Assembly: GCF_001194135.2 (NCBI RefSeq)
Contig: NC_068981.1
Coordinates: 64,453,641 to 64,492,558, forward strand
Length of the DNA stretch: 38,918 nt
Origin: Octopus bimaculoides
Lineage: Eukaryota
Reading direction: 5' to 3'
The notes below the pieces were generated by a model. That model was not told where the DNA came from, searched no databases, and saw only the letters and a program-made list of their open reading frames with translations. How positions within the stretch are numbered: position 1 is the first letter of the stretch; every line of letters starts with the position of its first letter. The position numbers were made by a program, and so were the translations under genes. Positions 36,523 to 38,918 of this stretch are shown here, one piece after another.

Positions 36523-36701
36523 GTTTCACCTAACGGCATAGTCACCCAAGGGTTGAATAAAGAATGAAAACTATCATTAAATTAAGCCCACAGACAGCGA
36601 GCTGGCAGAATCGTCAGCGCGTTGGGTACAATACTGTAAGTTATTTATTCCAGTTCGTTTCACCTAACGGCATAATCACCCATGGGTTGAAAACAGAATG
36701 A
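36523..36701 (+). repeat. 45-bp direct repeat pair flanking a family-A-like head
   Basis: gtttcacctaacggcata[g/a]tcaccca[a/t]gggttgaa[t/a]a[a/c]agaatga at 36523-36567 and 36657-36701; cagcgagctggcagaatcgtcagc between them. Confidence 0.75.
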
Positions 36702-36900
36702 CGCGTAACTTACGCATGCACGCACACACACACACACACACACACATACACGAGTGAGTGGGCAGGTGAAAGAAAAAAAACACTTAACACATTTATTAGG
36801 CGTTACATATAGATTTACATGTAAATTTACATTTACATGTAATATTATTAGATTGCGAAAATGTACGCCGGGTGGAGCCGAAACAAACTGTTTCAAAAAA

Positions 36901-37085
36901 TAATCCTTTCTGAAATTTGGTAGAGGAAGGAAGTCGATTATATCGATCCAAGTGCTCAACTGGTACTTATTTCATCAAACCCGAAAGAATGAATGGTAAA
37001 GTCGACCACGGCGGAATTTGAACTCAGAACGTAGCAAGGTGCGAAATACCGCTGAGCATTTCGTCCAGCTCTAACGATTCCGCTA
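36901..37085 (-). mobile_element. SINE family A
   Basis: Reverse complement gaatcgttagagc..cgaaatgctcagcggtatttcg..ctacgttctgagttcaaattccgccgtggtcgact. Confidence 0.85.
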
Positions 37086-37128
37086 GATACGTATGTATGC
37101 ATAACTATCTGTCTCTCTCCCCACTCCC

Positions 37129-37211
<83 letters not shown>

Positions 37212-37307
37212 CTCTATCTATCTATCTATCTATCTCCTCTATCTATCTATCTCTCTCCCAGTATATGCGTGTGTGTTTGTATGTGTGTATACATCTATCA
37301 TATTTTT

Positions 37308-37430
37308 GTTTGTTTCAGTCATTGGATTGCGTCTATGCTGGGGCACCATCTTGATGTGTTTAGTCGAACAAATCTTACATTTTTTTAAAGTTTGGTACTC
37401 ATTTTATCGTTATCTTTTCCTGAACCGCTA
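37308..37430 (-). mobile_element. SINE family B, 3' fragment
   Basis: Reverse complement tagcggttcagg..aacgataaaatgagtac..ttcgactaa..ccccagcatag..caatgactgaaacaa matches 29530-29650. Confidence 0.7.
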
Positions 37431-37572
37431 CCGGTTCAGTGGTTAGGGCAGCGGACTCGCGGTCATAGGATCGCGGTTTCGATTCCCAGACCGGGCGTTG
37501 TGAGTGTTTATTGAGCGAAAACACCTAAAGCTCCACGAGGCTCCGGCAGGGGATGGTGGCAAACCCTGCTGT
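37431..37572 (+). mobile_element. SINE family C, tRNA-derived head (3'-truncated)
   Basis: A-box-like tcagtggttagggc and B-box-like ggtttcgattccc; continues into aaaacacctaaagctccacgaggctccggcaggg, matching 19800-19840. Confidence 0.85.
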
Positions 37573-37582
37573 TTAAAACAAA

Positions 37583-37820
37583 AAGGCGGCGAGCTGGAAG
37601 AAACGTTAGCACGCCGGGCGAAATGCTTAGCTGTATTTCGTCTGCCGTTACGTTCTGAGTTTAAATTCCGCCGAGGTCGACTTTGCCTTTCATCCTTTCG
37701 GGGTCGGTAAATTAAGTACCAGTTACGCACTGGGGTCGATATATAATCAACTTAATCCCTTTGTTTGTCCTTGTTTGTCCCCTCTATGTTTAGCCCCTTG
37801 TGGGCAATAAACAAATAAGA
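37583..37820 (+). mobile_element. SINE family A, young-looking copy with a distinct 3' tail
   Basis: aaggcggcgagctggaagaaacgttagcacgccgggcgaaatgcttag..gaggtcgactttgcctttcatcctttcggggtcg..; tail ttaatccctttgtttgtccttg..gggcaataaacaaataaga. Confidence 0.92.
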
Positions 37821-37963
37821 GCTATCGCTAAATCAAACACAGACAGAAAGAGATACACACACAAATACAGATACACACAGACACACGTTTTCTGATATTC
37901 ACATTTATTATATTATATTATATTATACTATTTTATATTATATTATATTATATTATATTATAT

Positions 37964-38187
37964 CAAGGTGGCAAGCTGCCAAAATCGTTAGCAAGCCGGA
38001 CGAAATGCTTAGCAGTATTTCGTGTGCCGTTAGGTTTTCAGTTCAAATTCCGCCGAGGTCGACTTTGCCTTTCATGCTTTCGGGGTCGATAAAATTGGTA
38101 CCAGTTACGTAGTGGGGTCTATGTAATCGACTGAATGCCTCCCCGCAAAATCTAAGGTCTTGTGCTTCCAGTAGAAAGGATTTATTA
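37964..38187 (+). mobile_element. SINE family A with agtagaaaggat tail
   Basis: Colinear with the 37583 copy through tggggtc.atgtaatcgact, then ggtcttgtgcttccagtagaaaggatttatt. Confidence 0.9.
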
Positions 38188-38652
38188 AAGTTGAAGAAGT
38201 GTGACACACTGACATTCACATTTATTGTATTAGATGTGTTAAATTTGGGAGAAACTTTATTTCAATTAAAGTGTATTTTATATGTGTATGTATTAAAGAA
38301 AGCAAAACATGATAGGGTTCACTATGTTGGCGACAGGAATTTCTGTAACAGAGACATGATTAAAGTTCTACATCATCTCCCTCTTTCTCTCCCTTTTATT
38401 ATTACTCCCACGGTCACCATCAACACTGATACTTTTTATAAAACATCATCAGCTCTCCCTAAATTTCTGTGTCTCTCTTTCTCTCCCTCTCTTTATCTCT
38501 CTCTCTCTCTGTCTTCGCCACCGCTCTCACCGTCTCTATGCCTGCTATTACTCTCGCCCCATCACGAGGAATTGTAGGAGTGTCATTGAATAGTGAGAGT
38601 GGTGGTGGGGTCTAAGTGTAACACACTTACACACAGAAATTAGTTTTCGCAA

Positions 38653-38689
<37 letters not shown>

Positions 38690-38691
<2 letters not shown>

Positions 38692-38918
38692 GTAGTATAT
38701 TGCCACTTAAGTGTGGCTGACCCCTAGGGGTGGATGTTACTGTTGCTTTTAGCCCCAGGAGGACATCTCCTCCAGCTGGCTTATCGACACACGACTGTGT
38801 CCTGTTTGCCAAGGGAAGTTATCCCTCTCACCTCGATCAGCAGCACGAACGTATCCGGATTTCAGGGTTATTTCCCTTCGTCGGCGTTCGACAGCTGATG
38901 ACCTTGGTGAGAGAGACA
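38690..38918. other. GC-richer, hairpin-rich sequence running off the window end; possibly a retroelement leader
   Basis: Abrupt rise in GC after (TA)n; several short inverted repeats (see findings). Confidence 0.3.

Overview
Eukaryotic, AT-rich, repeat-dominated non-coding DNA from a gapped draft assembly (11 N-runs, about 3.3 kb, mostly flanked by microsatellites). The repeat repertoire looks like an Octopus/cephalopod genome; this is an inference from recalled repeat families, not a search result. No intact host gene, rRNA, tRNA, CRISPR array or prokaryotic system could be supported, and nearly all long ORFs in the track are artefacts of N-runs or microsatellites. What can be supported: (i) DNA transposon remnants (a pogo/Tc2 deletion derivative with TIRs, a near full-length decayed mariner with TIRs and TA TSD, a second mariner fragment, a hAT-like fragment, a ~310-bp foldback MITE); (ii) non-LTR retroelement fragments (CR1/L2, RTE 5' and 3' ends, R4/Dong, a possible HERO-like end, Penelope-like remnants with decayed hammerhead-like motifs); (iii) about 20 copies or fragments of three SINE families that share or swap modules; (iv) many micro- and minisatellites. 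The most interesting structures are a direct-plus-inverted triplication at 13.5-14.9 kb, the foldback element, candidate ribozyme-like leaders, and TAA/TTA tracts acting as insertion hubs. No new biological system is claimed. Family labels A-D are my own working names. Element boundaries are approximate (about +/-10 bp) unless TIRs or TSDs are cited.
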